Assembly (NCBI GenBank): GCA_965247265.1
Contig: OZ252002.1
Location: 483,280 to 547,279, forward strand
DNA length: 64,000 nucleotides
Reading direction: 5' to 3'
DNA from: Gammaproteobacteria bacterium
Lineage (GTDB): Bacteria; Pseudomonadota; Gammaproteobacteria; UBA4575
Shown here: piece after piece, positions 10,039 to 20,191 of the stretch
How the letters are laid out: each line of letters begins with the position of its first letter
Position numbering within the stretch: position 1 is the first letter of the stretch
Position numbers and translations under genes: made by a program
Notes under the pieces: generated by a model
What the model saw: only the letters and a program-made list of their open reading frames with translations
What the model was told of the DNA's origin: nothing
The model's database searches: none

Positions 10039-11058
10039 ATGACTGCATCCACCTTAAAAAATGAAACGCAGATTGTTACACCCACACTGAACATCGTCAT
10101 CAATGAGGAAATTACGCCTTTACTATTGAGCCAACCATTATTGGCTTGCTTGTACTTTGGTGAAACTTTTGAAAAAGATTTAGATTGTTTAGCTGTACAA
10201 ACAAATCTTGAAACATTGAGTTCAGCTAACTTCTCACAATATTGGCTTACGGAACATGAAGTTACGCAAGGGACATTTAAGAATGTGCACTATGCACAAA
10301 GCAAACATATGCTTTTTGGTCATGTACAATTCCCTTCCATACAAGATAATAATTTTCAAGACGCCTGTGAGCAGTCCTATCAAGAAATATGTGAGTGTTT
10401 ATATAATTCTGGTTGTAGCCATTTGTTGCGTACCTGGAATTTTTTCCCCGATATAACAAAAGGCAGTACAGAAATTGCGACCGCAAATCGCTATGATTTA
10501 TTTTGTCAATGTCGTTTGCATGCTATACAGATTAGTGAGATTGATCATAACATTTACCCCGCTGCAACAGTTATCGGGAATCATAACGGTAGTTTACAAA
10601 TCTATTTTTTAGCTAGCGACACTTCAGGAATTGCGGTAGAAAATCCACGTCAAACTAGCGCTTATCATTACCCTGCGAGCGTCGCACATTCACAACCACT
10701 ATTTTCACGCGGGCTTTTAAAATTGTGGGGCAACAGAACTCATTTTTATGTGTCTGGCACCGCAAGCATTGTGGGCTTCAAAACCCTTCATGTTAATGAT
10801 GTGGTCGCGCAATTAAACGAGGCAATTAATAATGTCGAAACCTTGGTTGCACATGCAAATGATCAGCACAACACCAAACTAAATTCTCAAGACGATCTGC
10901 TTTACATGAAAATATATATTCGGCGCAGGGAAGATGTTGCACAAATTAATCAGGTTTTAGCCGCTAGACTTTCAAGCCATACACCTCGCATTTTATTGCT
11001 GGGTGACATGTGTAGGAATGATTTGTTGGTTGAAATCGAGGCTTTTTATCAAGCCTAA
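10039..11058 (+). CDS. FkbO/Hyg5/XanB2-family chorismatase-like protein
   Basis: LLRTWNF, YPAAT.IG, ENPRQ.SAY.YP, FSR, SGTASIVG, CR.DLLVEIE. Confidence 0.82.
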   Translation: MTASTLKNETQIVTPTLNIVINEEITPLLLSQPLLACLYFGETFEKDLDCLAVQTNLETLSSANFSQYWLTEHEVTQGTFKNVHYAQSKHMLFGHVQFPSIQDNNFQDACEQSYQEICECLYNSGCSHLLRTWNFFPDITKGSTEIATANRYDLFCQCRLHAIQISEIDHNIYPAATVIGNHNGSLQIYFLASDTSGIAVENPRQTSAYHYPASVAHSQPLFSRGLLKLWGNRTHFYVSGTASIVGFKTLHVNDVVAQLNEAINNVETLVAHANDQHNTKLNSQDDLLYMKIYIRRREDVAQINQVLAARLSSHTPRILLLGDMCRNDLLVEIEAFYQA

Positions 11059-11072
11059 TTGCAACGCATGGC

Positions 11073-11885
11073 ATGCCTGAACTTCCCGAAGTAGAAACTA
11101 CACTACGTGGCATAACACCACATATTAAAAATAAGAAAATTACAAACGTTGTTGTGCGTCAACGAAATTTGCGTTGGCCAATTCCTGCTAATTTAAACAA
11201 AACGTTAATAAACCAAAAAATTAAAAACATTAAACGACGTGCAAAATATCTATTATTCAAAACTGATGCTGGCTATATAATTTTACACTTGGGTATGTCT
11301 GGTAGCCTACGCATTGTGCCAAGTGGCATTAACCACAATAAACACGATCATGTTGATATTATTTTTAACAAATATATTTTGAGATTCCATGATCCGCGAC
11401 GTTTTGGTGCGCTGCTGTGGACACGTAGAGATCCGTTAGAGCATAAACTTTTGAAGAACCTTGGAATTGAACCACTAGACAATCAATTCAATGGGAAGTA
11501 TTTACACAAGCATGCTGTATCGAGAAAAGTTAATGTTAAAACTTTCATTATGAATAACCATATTGTAGTGGGCGTTGGCAACATATATGCTAGTGAAGCC
11601 CTATTCCTAAGTGGCATACATCCTCAACGTTCTGCAGGCCGAATTTCATTAGCGCGTTATGAGGTGCTTGCTGATAATATAAAGATTGTGCTTACCAAAG
11701 CAATTAAACTCGGCGGCACCTCACTGAAAGATTTTGTGCGCGAAGACGGCAAGCCTGGCTATTTTGCTAATAAATTGAACGTCTATAATAAGAAAGGTGA
11801 CCCCTGTCCAATTTGCAATTCCCCCATCAAATCTTGTGTGCTCGGTCAACGCAGTAGTTTCTATTGCACCCAGTGTCAGCACTAA
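11073..11885 (+). CDS. mutM: Formamidopyrimidine-DNA glycosylase
   Basis: MPELPEVET, HLGMSG, GVGNIYASE, C-terminal zinc finger. Confidence 0.98.
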   Translation: MPELPEVETTLRGITPHIKNKKITNVVVRQRNLRWPIPANLNKTLINQKIKNIKRRAKYLLFKTDAGYIILHLGMSGSLRIVPSGINHNKHDHVDIIFNKYILRFHDPRRFGALLWTRRDPLEHKLLKNLGIEPLDNQFNGKYLHKHAVSRKVNVKTFIMNNHIVVGVGNIYASEALFLSGIHPQRSAGRISLARYEVLADNIKIVLTKAIKLGGTSLKDFVREDGKPGYFANKLNVYNKKGDPCPICNSPIKSCVLGQRSSFYCTQCQH

Positions 11886-12040
11886 ACATTTAGATTTATG
11901 ACAATTTCATATAGAACACAATATTCAAATCGTAAGTCTGTAGCTTAGCCTCTTAACCCTAGAATCGAGCCGACCATCTAGGCTGTAAGACGTTCATTGT
12001 GTGTTTTCATCCATGCGTCAAAAATAAGGTGTTTTGAAAT

Positions 12041-12056
12041 TGTGATACGCGTCAAG
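12041..12056 (+). promoter_or_regulatory. Possible CRP/FNR-family binding site
   Basis: TGTGA-TACGCG-TCAAG resembles both TGTGA-N6-TCACA and TTGAT-N4-ATCAA; upstream of small ORF at 12099. Confidence 0.3.
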
Positions 12057-12098
12057 ATATATAACTAGAGTACACTAGCAAGGAAACATTATAGGATT

Positions 12099-12260
12099 AT
12101 GGGGATTTCGGATTTAGAGCGCTATTCGATCAGTAAAATTGGCGAAAATACGTTCACACTAACTGATACTGATACGCTGCAAACTTGGCAAATTGAAATA
12201 CTAAGAAATTCAAGCCAAGAAGGTGATGATGAACAACTGAAACCCGATTGTATATCTTGA
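12099..12260 (+). CDS. Hypothetical 53-aa acidic protein
   Basis: Hand translation MGISDLERYSISKIGENTFTLTDTDTLQTWQIEILRNSSQEGDDEQLKPDCIS*; AGGA motifs upstream; occupies part of a 410-bp gap. Confidence 0.5.
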   Translation: MGISDLERYSISKIGENTFTLTDTDTLQTWQIEILRNSSQEGDDEQLKPDCIS

Positions 12261-12295
12261 CAGGGTTGTAATTTTAAGCCTCCCACTGCTCGTTT

Positions 12296-12913
12296 CTAAT
12301 CACTTCTCAACCAATAATTTATTTTAATTTCTAAATCTTCATAGAGTGTGTGCCCGTTAGATAGCATAGAAATTTTTCCGCTTTTTATCCCTAACAATGT
12401 CGGATATCCGTTAACTCCTAGATTGTGACAATATTCAAAATCTTGTTGTAATGATGCACGAGTTTGTGAAGAATCTACATCTTCAATAAATAATTCAATA
12501 TTAACAGCGTAGTGTTTAGCTAACTCAATTAAATTGTTTTTATTTGTGACATCTACATTGTTTACATAGAAGCCCTCCTGAATTGTATTAAAATAATCCA
12601 ATTCGTTTAATGCCTGTTGCCGTGAAAATGCCTTAATAGCGAGACAAGCTAAAGTAGTATTATAAACAAAGTTATTTTGCATGTTAAATTCAAACTCAAA
12701 AGGCCGTGAGGTAACAGCGTGTACTTTGTGCCACTGCCCTAAGACATAATTACGCAGCTTTTCATCCATAGGTTCTGTCGTATCAATTCGAAATGGCGCA
12801 AGCGCTAATCGAATTTCGATTTCGTTTGCAAATTTCTTTTTAATCTTTTGAATTACAGGCGCAATCCCCCAACACCATGAGCACATTGGGCTTGCAAAAT
12901 AGACTACCTGCAT
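12296..12913 (-). CDS. DsbA-family thioredoxin-fold protein
   Basis: SPMCSWCWG (CxxC) and GVNGYPTL cis-Pro motif. Confidence 0.88.
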   Translation of the reverse strand: MQVVYFASPMCSWCWGIAPVIQKIKKKFANEIEIRLALAPFRIDTTEPMDEKLRNYVLGQWHKVHAVTSRPFEFEFNMQNNFVYNTTLACLAIKAFSRQQALNELDYFNTIQEGFYVNNVDVTNKNNLIELAKHYAVNIELFIEDVDSSQTRASLQQDFEYCHNLGVNGYPTLLGIKSGKISMLSNGHTLYEDLEIKINYWLRSD

Positions 12914-12939
12914 AAATATATTGCAAGCTTAAATTTTAG

Positions 12940-14625
12940 TTACTCGCCAACTTGTGCATGGCCAGTCCCACGTGGGTCACTTGCGGCAGTTACATGATTA
13001 TTCTTTTGATTCCAAATGATTGCATGCATATTGCCATAATGACGGTTGAGCTCTTTTAGTTTATGACCCATTTTGTTAAGTGATGCCTGAATTGATTCAT
13101 CCATGCCATCTAACTCGAATTGAATCTCATCGGGTACAAGCTGATGGTGAAAACGAGAAAGACTAACCATGCTATCAACATCTGCGCCGTCAATAAATGC
13201 TAAAGACGATAAAAGCACCATAGAAATGATGCGGCTGCCTCCCGGTGTACCCAAAATTGCGATTCGATCTCCATCATTCAAAAATGTAGGTGTCATGCTG
13301 GACAGCATACGTTTTCCGGGTTGGATAGCATTGGAATCGCCTCCTATTAATCTCCATAAATTTAGATGCCCCGGCTTAGTAGAGAAGTCATCCATTTCAT
13401 TATTTAGCAAAACACCTGTGCCTTTTGCTACAAACCCAGAGCCGAAGGGATAATTAATTGATAGTGTTGCCGCGACATAGTTTCCAGCTTGATCGATGAC
13501 TGAAAAATGTGTTGTGTTTCTGCCCTTTTGCAGCGGTGATGGGTTATTTAAATACTCTTGGCTTGAAGTTGCATGTTGTAAACTAAAATTTGCAATCAAC
13601 TCCTCTGCATAGCGCATCGATAACAACTTTTCCACAGGGACATTGACATAGTCTGCATCGCCAAGAAATTGTGCGCGCTCAAAATATGCACGGCGCATTA
13701 CTTCTACAATTAAATGTGTGCGCTCAACTTCATTTAAGTGACTTGAGTCAAACATCGATAACATATTCAGCATTTGCATAAGCACAACCCCGCCAGAGGA
13801 TGGCAGCGCTGCGCTAATAATATTTACATTTTTATATTTACCGGTAATTGGTAACCGCTCTTTAACCTCATATTGGTGCAAATCTCGTAACTGCCAATTG
13901 CCACCAGCTTCTTGCACACCTTTAACTAATAGCTCTGCAACGTTGCCACGATAAAACCCGTCCTTTCCTTGATCTCGAATATGGCTCAAAACATCTGCAA
14001 TATCTGGTTGCTTTAGAATAAAACCAGAATTAGGTACGTTGTCATTTTCTAAAAAAATTTCAGAGGCGTGTGATGAAGCTTGCAGCCTCTCAAGCACTGT
14101 TGTCGCATGTTTTTGATAGCGCTTTGTAATAGAAAATCCATTTCGTGCAATGTGAATAGCTGGACCAAGTGTTGTGCTTAATGGCAACTGACCAAAGTTT
14201 TCTGATAAATGCGCAATTGCGGCGGGCACGCCAGGTATGCCCGCAGCCAAAGGGCCTGTAACGGAACGATCGGTTGGATTTCCGTCTGAATCTAAATACA
14301 TGTCTCGTGTGGCTGCAAGTGGGGCAGTCTCTCTTGCATCCAACATTATATCGGCATTATTTTCAGCAACGTGCAGCAACAAAAATCCACCACCACCTAA
14401 TCCTGATGCATAGGGTTCGACCACTGCTAACATTGATGTTACAGCGATGGCGGCATCAAAGGCATTACCACCTTGGGAAAGAATATCTATACCTGCTTGT
14501 GTAGCAAGTGGATGGGCACTGGCTACTGCATAATTGGGTGCTTGTTGCTCTGTTACAGAATCTTTAATATCCGCATCGCAAGCCACAAATAGCAATATGG
14601 CAGAAATAATCAACAAGCAACGCAT
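12940..14625 (-). CDS. ggt: Gamma-glutamyltransferase (probable lipoprotein)
   Basis: GGNAFDAA, TTHFSVID cleavage site, NNEMDDF, PGKRMLSSMTP; lipobox-like FVAC. Confidence 0.96.
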   Translation of the reverse strand: MRCLLIISAILLFVACDADIKDSVTEQQAPNYAVASAHPLATQAGIDILSQGGNAFDAAIAVTSMLAVVEPYASGLGGGGFLLLHVAENNADIMLDARETAPLAATRDMYLDSDGNPTDRSVTGPLAAGIPGVPAAIAHLSENFGQLPLSTTLGPAIHIARNGFSITKRYQKHATTVLERLQASSHASEIFLENDNVPNSGFILKQPDIADVLSHIRDQGKDGFYRGNVAELLVKGVQEAGGNWQLRDLHQYEVKERLPITGKYKNVNIISAALPSSGGVVLMQMLNMLSMFDSSHLNEVERTHLIVEVMRRAYFERAQFLGDADYVNVPVEKLLSMRYAEELIANFSLQHATSSQEYLNNPSPLQKGRNTTHFSVIDQAGNYVAATLSINYPFGSGFVAKGTGVLLNNEMDDFSTKPGHLNLWRLIGGDSNAIQPGKRMLSSMTPTFLNDGDRIAILGTPGGSRIISMVLLSSLAFIDGADVDSMVSLSRFHHQLVPDEIQFELDGMDESIQASLNKMGHKLKELNRHYGNMHAIIWNQKNNHVTAASDPRGTGHAQVGE

Positions 14626-14639
14626 GCTATGAAAATAAT

Positions 14640-15131
<492 letters not shown>

Positions 15132-15181
15132 TTAAGTTTAATATGAAGCGCATGCTAAAAGGTGATTTTATTTGAAATTTC

Positions 15182-15745
15182 TTAATTCAGTGCTTCAAAT
15201 AATGCGTAACGCACCTGCCCAGCAGATTTTTCCCTAATGCACGTAAAAGCGTTTAAACACTGTGGTTGTTCAAAATGAATTGAGGATTCAACATAAATTA
15301 AACCAGATGCTTCTAAAAGCTCTCTTGAATTTAATGTGGTCACAGCATGCTGGAGTAATTCGCTATTAAAAGGCGGATCTAAAAAGACGATATCGAATTT
15401 TTTATTTGCGTGCTGTAAATAGGCCAAAGCATCTTGATGCACAACGTCAACCTGCTGTGCAGCAAATGATTCTTTTTGCTCAGTTAGCATATCTGCAATT
15501 ATGGTGTCAGCGTCAACCATTGTTACATGCTTTGCACCTCGCGACGCAGCTTCAAAACCTAACGCACCACTTCCTGCAAACAGATCAAGACACTCTGCTT
15601 GCGCTACTTTATTTGATAACCAGTTAAATAATGTTTCGCGTATACGGTCTGGTGTAGGTCGAATGATGGCATTGTTCGCAAAATTAATTTTACGACTACG
15701 CCAATCTCCGCCAATAATACGCAAGCTACTCTTATTCTTGGCCAC
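15182..15745 (-). CDS. rsmD: 16S rRNA m2G966 methyltransferase
   Basis: RIIGG.WR.RK, RPTPDR.RETLFNWL, DLFAGSGALG, DPPF. Confidence 0.97.
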   Translation of the reverse strand: MAKNKSSLRIIGGDWRSRKINFANNAIIRPTPDRIRETLFNWLSNKVAQAECLDLFAGSGALGFEAASRGAKHVTMVDADTIIADMLTEQKESFAAQQVDVVHQDALAYLQHANKKFDIVFLDPPFNSELLQHAVTTLNSRELLEASGLIYVESSIHFEQPQCLNAFTCIREKSAGQVRYALFEALN

Positions 15746-17033
15746 CTACAATAATCTTTGTCATGTTGTTTAAATTCAAATGTCGCTTAAATGCATCTTG
15801 AATATCCTGTTTCGTAACCGCTGAGATTTTATCTGTAAAACTGTCCAGATAATCTAATGGCATATTGTAATAACCAATCATCGATAGATAGCCCAAGATA
15901 TCTCGATTGTTATCTATTCGTAATGGAAATCCACCAATAATATTATTCTTAGCCAACGTGAGCTCTTCATCCGTTGGCCCTTCTGCAATAAACTGTTCTA
16001 TTGTTTTGAGTGATACATCGGAAGCTTCTTTTGCCTGTTCCACCTTTGTTTGCAATCCTAATAAAAAGGGACCCGGCAGCTGCATCGGAAGAAAATAACT
16101 ATACACACTATAAGATAAGCCACGTTCAACACGAACTTCTTTAACTAAACGCGATGTAAATCCTCCGCCACCAAGTACATGATTTCCTGCATATAAAATA
16201 AAATAATCGGGTTCGCCACGGCGAATGCCTAGCTGCCCAATATGCACATGTGCTTGTTGAGATGGATAGGGTACATAAATATCTTCAGCTGGTAAATTTG
16301 GATTAGGTTTAGGTATAGGTTCTGGTTTTTTGCCATTTCTAAGTTTTGCAGAAATTTTATTTGCTATTCTCTTTGCCAGCTTTTTATCAATGCCTCCAAC
16401 AATAGCGATTAACGCATTGTCTGTGACTAGATAGCGTTGCTGAAATTTTTTAACATCTTCAATACTAATTTTATTGATACTATCTCGATTGCCTAATGTT
16501 GTTTGCGCATAAGGATGATCACCATAGATAGCTTTATTGAACGCTTTGCTGGCAATATTGCCAGGTCTTTGTTCTTCATCCTTTATTGCAATAAGTGCTT
16601 GGTTTTTTAATCTTATGAAATCTTTTTCAGGAAAACTTGGTTGCGTGAGAACAGTTATAAATGTTGATAATGCTTGATTGAATAACTGCTCATCAGAAAG
16701 GCTACGTAAACTAACACTGGATCGATCAACATTAATACTTACACCAAATTGCGCACCTACATCTTCAAATTTTTCAGCGATTGCATCTGCATCTAATTCA
16801 CCGGAACCAGCATTTAATAAGCTATGTGTGAGCTGAGATAAGCCTGAAAGTTCTCTATCTCTCGCACTGCCTGCATCAAACGTTAACTCTATATCGATAA
16901 TTGGTAATTCTGGTGCTGCAACAAACAAGGTCCTCACACCATTTTTAGTTTGCCACTGTTCGATTTTTGGTGATGCAGAAACTGTGTTTACCAAAATGCA
17001 GAAAATACCTATAACATATAATATACGTTTCAT
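15732..17033 (-). CDS. M16 family peptidase, non-catalytic subunit
   Basis: FDAGSARD, SRL..EVR..RGLSY; no HxxEH; paired with catalytic subunit. Confidence 0.9.
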   Translation of the reverse strand: MKRILYVIGIFCILVNTVSASPKIEQWQTKNGVRTLFVAAPELPIIDIELTFDAGSARDRELSGLSQLTHSLLNAGSGELDADAIAEKFEDVGAQFGVSINVDRSSVSLRSLSDEQLFNQALSTFITVLTQPSFPEKDFIRLKNQALIAIKDEEQRPGNIASKAFNKAIYGDHPYAQTTLGNRDSINKISIEDVKKFQQRYLVTDNALIAIVGGIDKKLAKRIANKISAKLRNGKKPEPIPKPNPNLPAEDIYVPYPSQQAHVHIGQLGIRRGEPDYFILYAGNHVLGGGGFTSRLVKEVRVERGLSYSVYSYFLPMQLPGPFLLGLQTKVEQAKEASDVSLKTIEQFIAEGPTDEELTLAKNNIIGGFPLRIDNNRDILGYLSMIGYYNMPLDYLDSFTDKISAVTKQDIQDAFKRHLNLNNMTKIIVGGQE

Positions 17034-17059
17034 ATTTTTATCTTAGATATTATTAGTGT

Positions 17060-18421
17060 TTAATTTTGTATAGTTGGTTTTGATGATTTGGAATCATTTT
17101 CTAATGGTTCAAGTACGGCAACAGATAGCCCTTCTTCTACTAAATATTTTTTTGCAACCTGTTTAACCTGTTGTGCTGTAACCTCATTAATGCGTGCACT
17201 ATATTCATCCATCATTTGCCAGCCCAATCCTACAGTTTCCAAACTACCGATAACGGTGGCTTGTCTTTGGATTGAGTCTTGCTGATAAACCTCACCAGCA
17301 ATAACTTGTGCTTTGACACGTGCTAGCTCTTTTTCTTCAACCAAATTGTCTTGCAAATCTTTTATCTCTTCGTATAACGCTTGCTCTGCTTCTTCAGTAG
17401 TGTGCTTAGCCGCTGGTGTGGCATCAAATAAGAATAAGGTGGGATATCGAGTATATATGTTGTACCCAGAACCCGCACTTGCGACCAATTCTTTTTCGCG
17501 CACTAAACGTTTACTCAGTCTGGCACTTCGCCCACCATCAAGAACACCGGCTAATACGGACAAGGCGTAGGGTTCCCAATCATGCTCCGCGGTGGCTAGC
17601 GAAGGGGTTTTGTAGCCCAGCATGATGTATGGAAGTTTTGCTACTGCTTTTACTGTAACGCGTCGTACGCCAGTTTGTGGATGTTCAATTCTTGGTTTGC
17701 TTTTAATAACTGGATGATCTTCAATATTTGCAAAATACCCTTCAGCTAACGCAAATACTTCTTTAGGCTCGACATCACCAACTATTACTACAGTCGCATT
17801 ATTAGGTGTATACCATCGCTCATACCATTGTTGCAAATCAGCAATTTGGAGATTATCCAAATCATTCATCCATCCAATTATTGGATGATGATAAGCGCTG
17901 TTTAGAAAAGCTGTTGCATACAATTGCTCATAAACTAGCGCATTTGGGTTGTCATCTGTCCTTAAACGCCTCTCTTCTTTAACGACCTCAAGCTCACTTG
18001 TAAAATCTTCAGGAGATAAAATTAAATTAACCATCCGATCAGATTCAAGCTCAAAGCTTACATCTAATTTACTTTCCCTCATCAATTGATAATAAGCGGT
18101 GTAATCACGACCTGTGAATGCATTATCTCGTGCGCCTATATCTGCTACAGTAGATGAAAATGTTCCAGATGGATATTTTTCAGTCCCTTTAAACATCATA
18201 TGTTCCAGCACATGAGATACACCGGTAATACCACTATGTTCTTGTGCTGAACCAACGCGATACCAAACTTGTGAAATCACGACAGGTGCTCGATGATCTT
18301 CTTTAACGATGACTTTTAAACCATTATTAAAAACTTTTTCGTGTGTTTTTGTCGCATTACCATATGAAGATGAAAAGAACACCGTGCATAGCAATACCAA
18401 AATAACTTTTATTACTTTCAT
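17060..18421 (-). CDS. M16 family zinc peptidase, catalytic subunit
   Basis: HVLEH (HxxEH), NAFT, signal peptide. Confidence 0.93.
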   Translation of the reverse strand: MKVIKVILVLLCTVFFSSSYGNATKTHEKVFNNGLKVIVKEDHRAPVVISQVWYRVGSAQEHSGITGVSHVLEHMMFKGTEKYPSGTFSSTVADIGARDNAFTGRDYTAYYQLMRESKLDVSFELESDRMVNLILSPEDFTSELEVVKEERRLRTDDNPNALVYEQLYATAFLNSAYHHPIIGWMNDLDNLQIADLQQWYERWYTPNNATVVIVGDVEPKEVFALAEGYFANIEDHPVIKSKPRIEHPQTGVRRVTVKAVAKLPYIMLGYKTPSLATAEHDWEPYALSVLAGVLDGGRSARLSKRLVREKELVASAGSGYNIYTRYPTLFLFDATPAAKHTTEEAEQALYEEIKDLQDNLVEEKELARVKAQVIAGEVYQQDSIQRQATVIGSLETVGLGWQMMDEYSARINEVTAQQVKQVAKKYLVEEGLSVAVLEPLENDSKSSKPTIQN

Positions 18422-18517
18422 TTATACCTGTGGTTACACTTAATGTTAGGATTAGCGCCGTTTTGAAATACAGCTTTCAATTCGTTAGACCATACTATAT
18501 CTATTTGTTCAAAATCT

Positions 18518-19465
18518 ATGGCTAAATTTGGAGTTTTATCTCGTTTACGACAAGGATTGTCGAAAACAAGCGACTCGCTCACAGAAGGGCTAGCGACGGC
18601 CGTGCTTGGCAAAAAAGAACTTGACATGGATCTTGTGGCTGAACTGGAGGATCGCTTGCTCCTCGCAGATGTGGGAATTGAAACAACAGATAAAATAATG
18701 GATGGCTTGTCTGTGCGAATTCGGCGTAAAGAGTTATCCAATGTAGAGGTGCTTTATGATGCACTTGAAGAAAGTATTGCAGAGATTCTTGCCCCTTGTA
18801 ACAAACCATTACTTACGAAAAGCGTTCGTCCCTATACAATTTTAGTTGTAGGTGTAAATGGTGCCGGAAAAACGACAACCATTGGTAAAATTTCTCAACG
18901 TTTCATTGATAACAATCAATCAGTAATGCTTGCTGCTGGTGATACATTTCGCGCAGCAGCTGTAGAGCAGTTACAAGAATGGGGCTCAAGAACAAATGTA
19001 CCCGTTATGGCACAAAAAAATGGTGCAGACAGTGCTGCTGTAATTTTTGATGCGTACCAATCTGCTGTAGCCAGAAATATCGATATTTTAATTGCAGATA
19101 CAGCAGGACGACTCCATACCCAACTAAACTTAATGGATGAATTAAAAAAGATTAAGCGTGCAATGCAAAAAATTGAACCTCAAGCACCACACGAAGTGCT
19201 TCTTGTGTTGGAAGCTGGCACAGGTCAAAACGCACTAAAACAAGCCACTGAATTTCATCAAGCATTAAACGTAACAGGCTTGTGCATTACGAAATTAGAT
19301 GGTACTGCAAAAGGCGGTATCGTATTAGCCATTGCGGATAAACTTAAGCTGCCAATACGTTTTATAGGTGTGGGTGAAGCTATCGAAGATTTGCGTGTGT
19401 TTGATGCGTACCAATATGCAAGCGCACTCTTGGGGCGAGATAAACTTGCTTCTAAAAAGCACTAG
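18518..19465 (+). CDS. ftsY: SRP receptor (NG domains, no acidic A domain)
   Basis: GVNGAGKTTT, DTFRAAA, DTAGR, TKLDGTAKGG. Confidence 0.97.
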   Translation: MAKFGVLSRLRQGLSKTSDSLTEGLATAVLGKKELDMDLVAELEDRLLLADVGIETTDKIMDGLSVRIRRKELSNVEVLYDALEESIAEILAPCNKPLLTKSVRPYTILVVGVNGAGKTTTIGKISQRFIDNNQSVMLAAGDTFRAAAVEQLQEWGSRTNVPVMAQKNGADSAAVIFDAYQSAVARNIDILIADTAGRLHTQLNLMDELKKIKRAMQKIEPQAPHEVLLVLEAGTGQNALKQATEFHQALNVTGLCITKLDGTAKGGIVLAIADKLKLPIRFIGVGEAIEDLRVFDAYQYASALLGRDKLASKKH

Positions 19466-19480
19466 CTGCGAATAAAAGTA

Positions 19481-20176
19481 ATGATCGGGCTTCAAAATAT
19501 CACTAAACGCTACCCCGGGAATCGAGAAGCGCTCACACACTTAAATCTAACCTTAGAACAAGGTGAAATGGCTTTTCTTACAGGTGAATCAGGCGCAGGT
19601 AAAAGCACGCTGCTAAAACTAATTGCTGCAATAGAAAGGCCTACCCGAGGTCAAATTTTTATTAATAAAATAAATATAGCAAAAATTCCTAAACGAAAAA
19701 TACCAAGCTTGCGAAGGCATATGGGTGTTGTTTTTCAGGCCCATCACTTGCTATACGATCGCAATGTTTTTGACAATGTTTCTTTACCACTACAAATAGC
19801 GGGTTACGCCCAGGCTGATATTAATCGGCGTGTACGTGCTGCATTAGACAAGGTTGCGCTATTGGATAAAGAACAAGTAATGCCAATAACATTATCAGGT
19901 GGCGAACAACAACGTGTAGGTATTGCACGTGCGGTAGTAAACAAACCTGCAATATTACTTGCGGATGAGCCCACTGGAAATCTTGATCCTAAATTATCGC
20001 TAGAGATTATGGAGCTCTTTGCTGAATTCAATCAAGTTGGTGTCACAGTACTTATAGCCAGCCATGATCTAGATTTAATTTCGCAAATGCAAAAACGCAT
20101 CATCCAATTACATAACGGTCAATGCAGCGAAGAAGATAGCGACTACAGCCTTTTAGATTACGAAGTAGTTAGATAA
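19481..20176 (+). CDS. ftsE: Cell division ATP-binding protein
   Basis: ABC motifs, DEPTGNLDP, ftsY-ftsE-ftsX order. Confidence 0.96.
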   Translation: MIGLQNITKRYPGNREALTHLNLTLEQGEMAFLTGESGAGKSTLLKLIAAIERPTRGQIFINKINIAKIPKRKIPSLRRHMGVVFQAHHLLYDRNVFDNVSLPLQIAGYAQADINRRVRAALDKVALLDKEQVMPITLSGGEQQRVGIARAVVNKPAILLADEPTGNLDPKLSLEIMELFAEFNQVGVTVLIASHDLDLISQMQKRIIQLHNGQCSEEDSDYSLLDYEVVR

Positions 20177-20191
20177 GAAAGATAGAACCTC

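Noticed and set aside
11886-12098. 6S RNA or a known riboswitch
   Set aside because: Paired region is about 90 nt, synteny is wrong for ssrS, and no aptamer consensus is recognisable; kept only as an unassigned candidate
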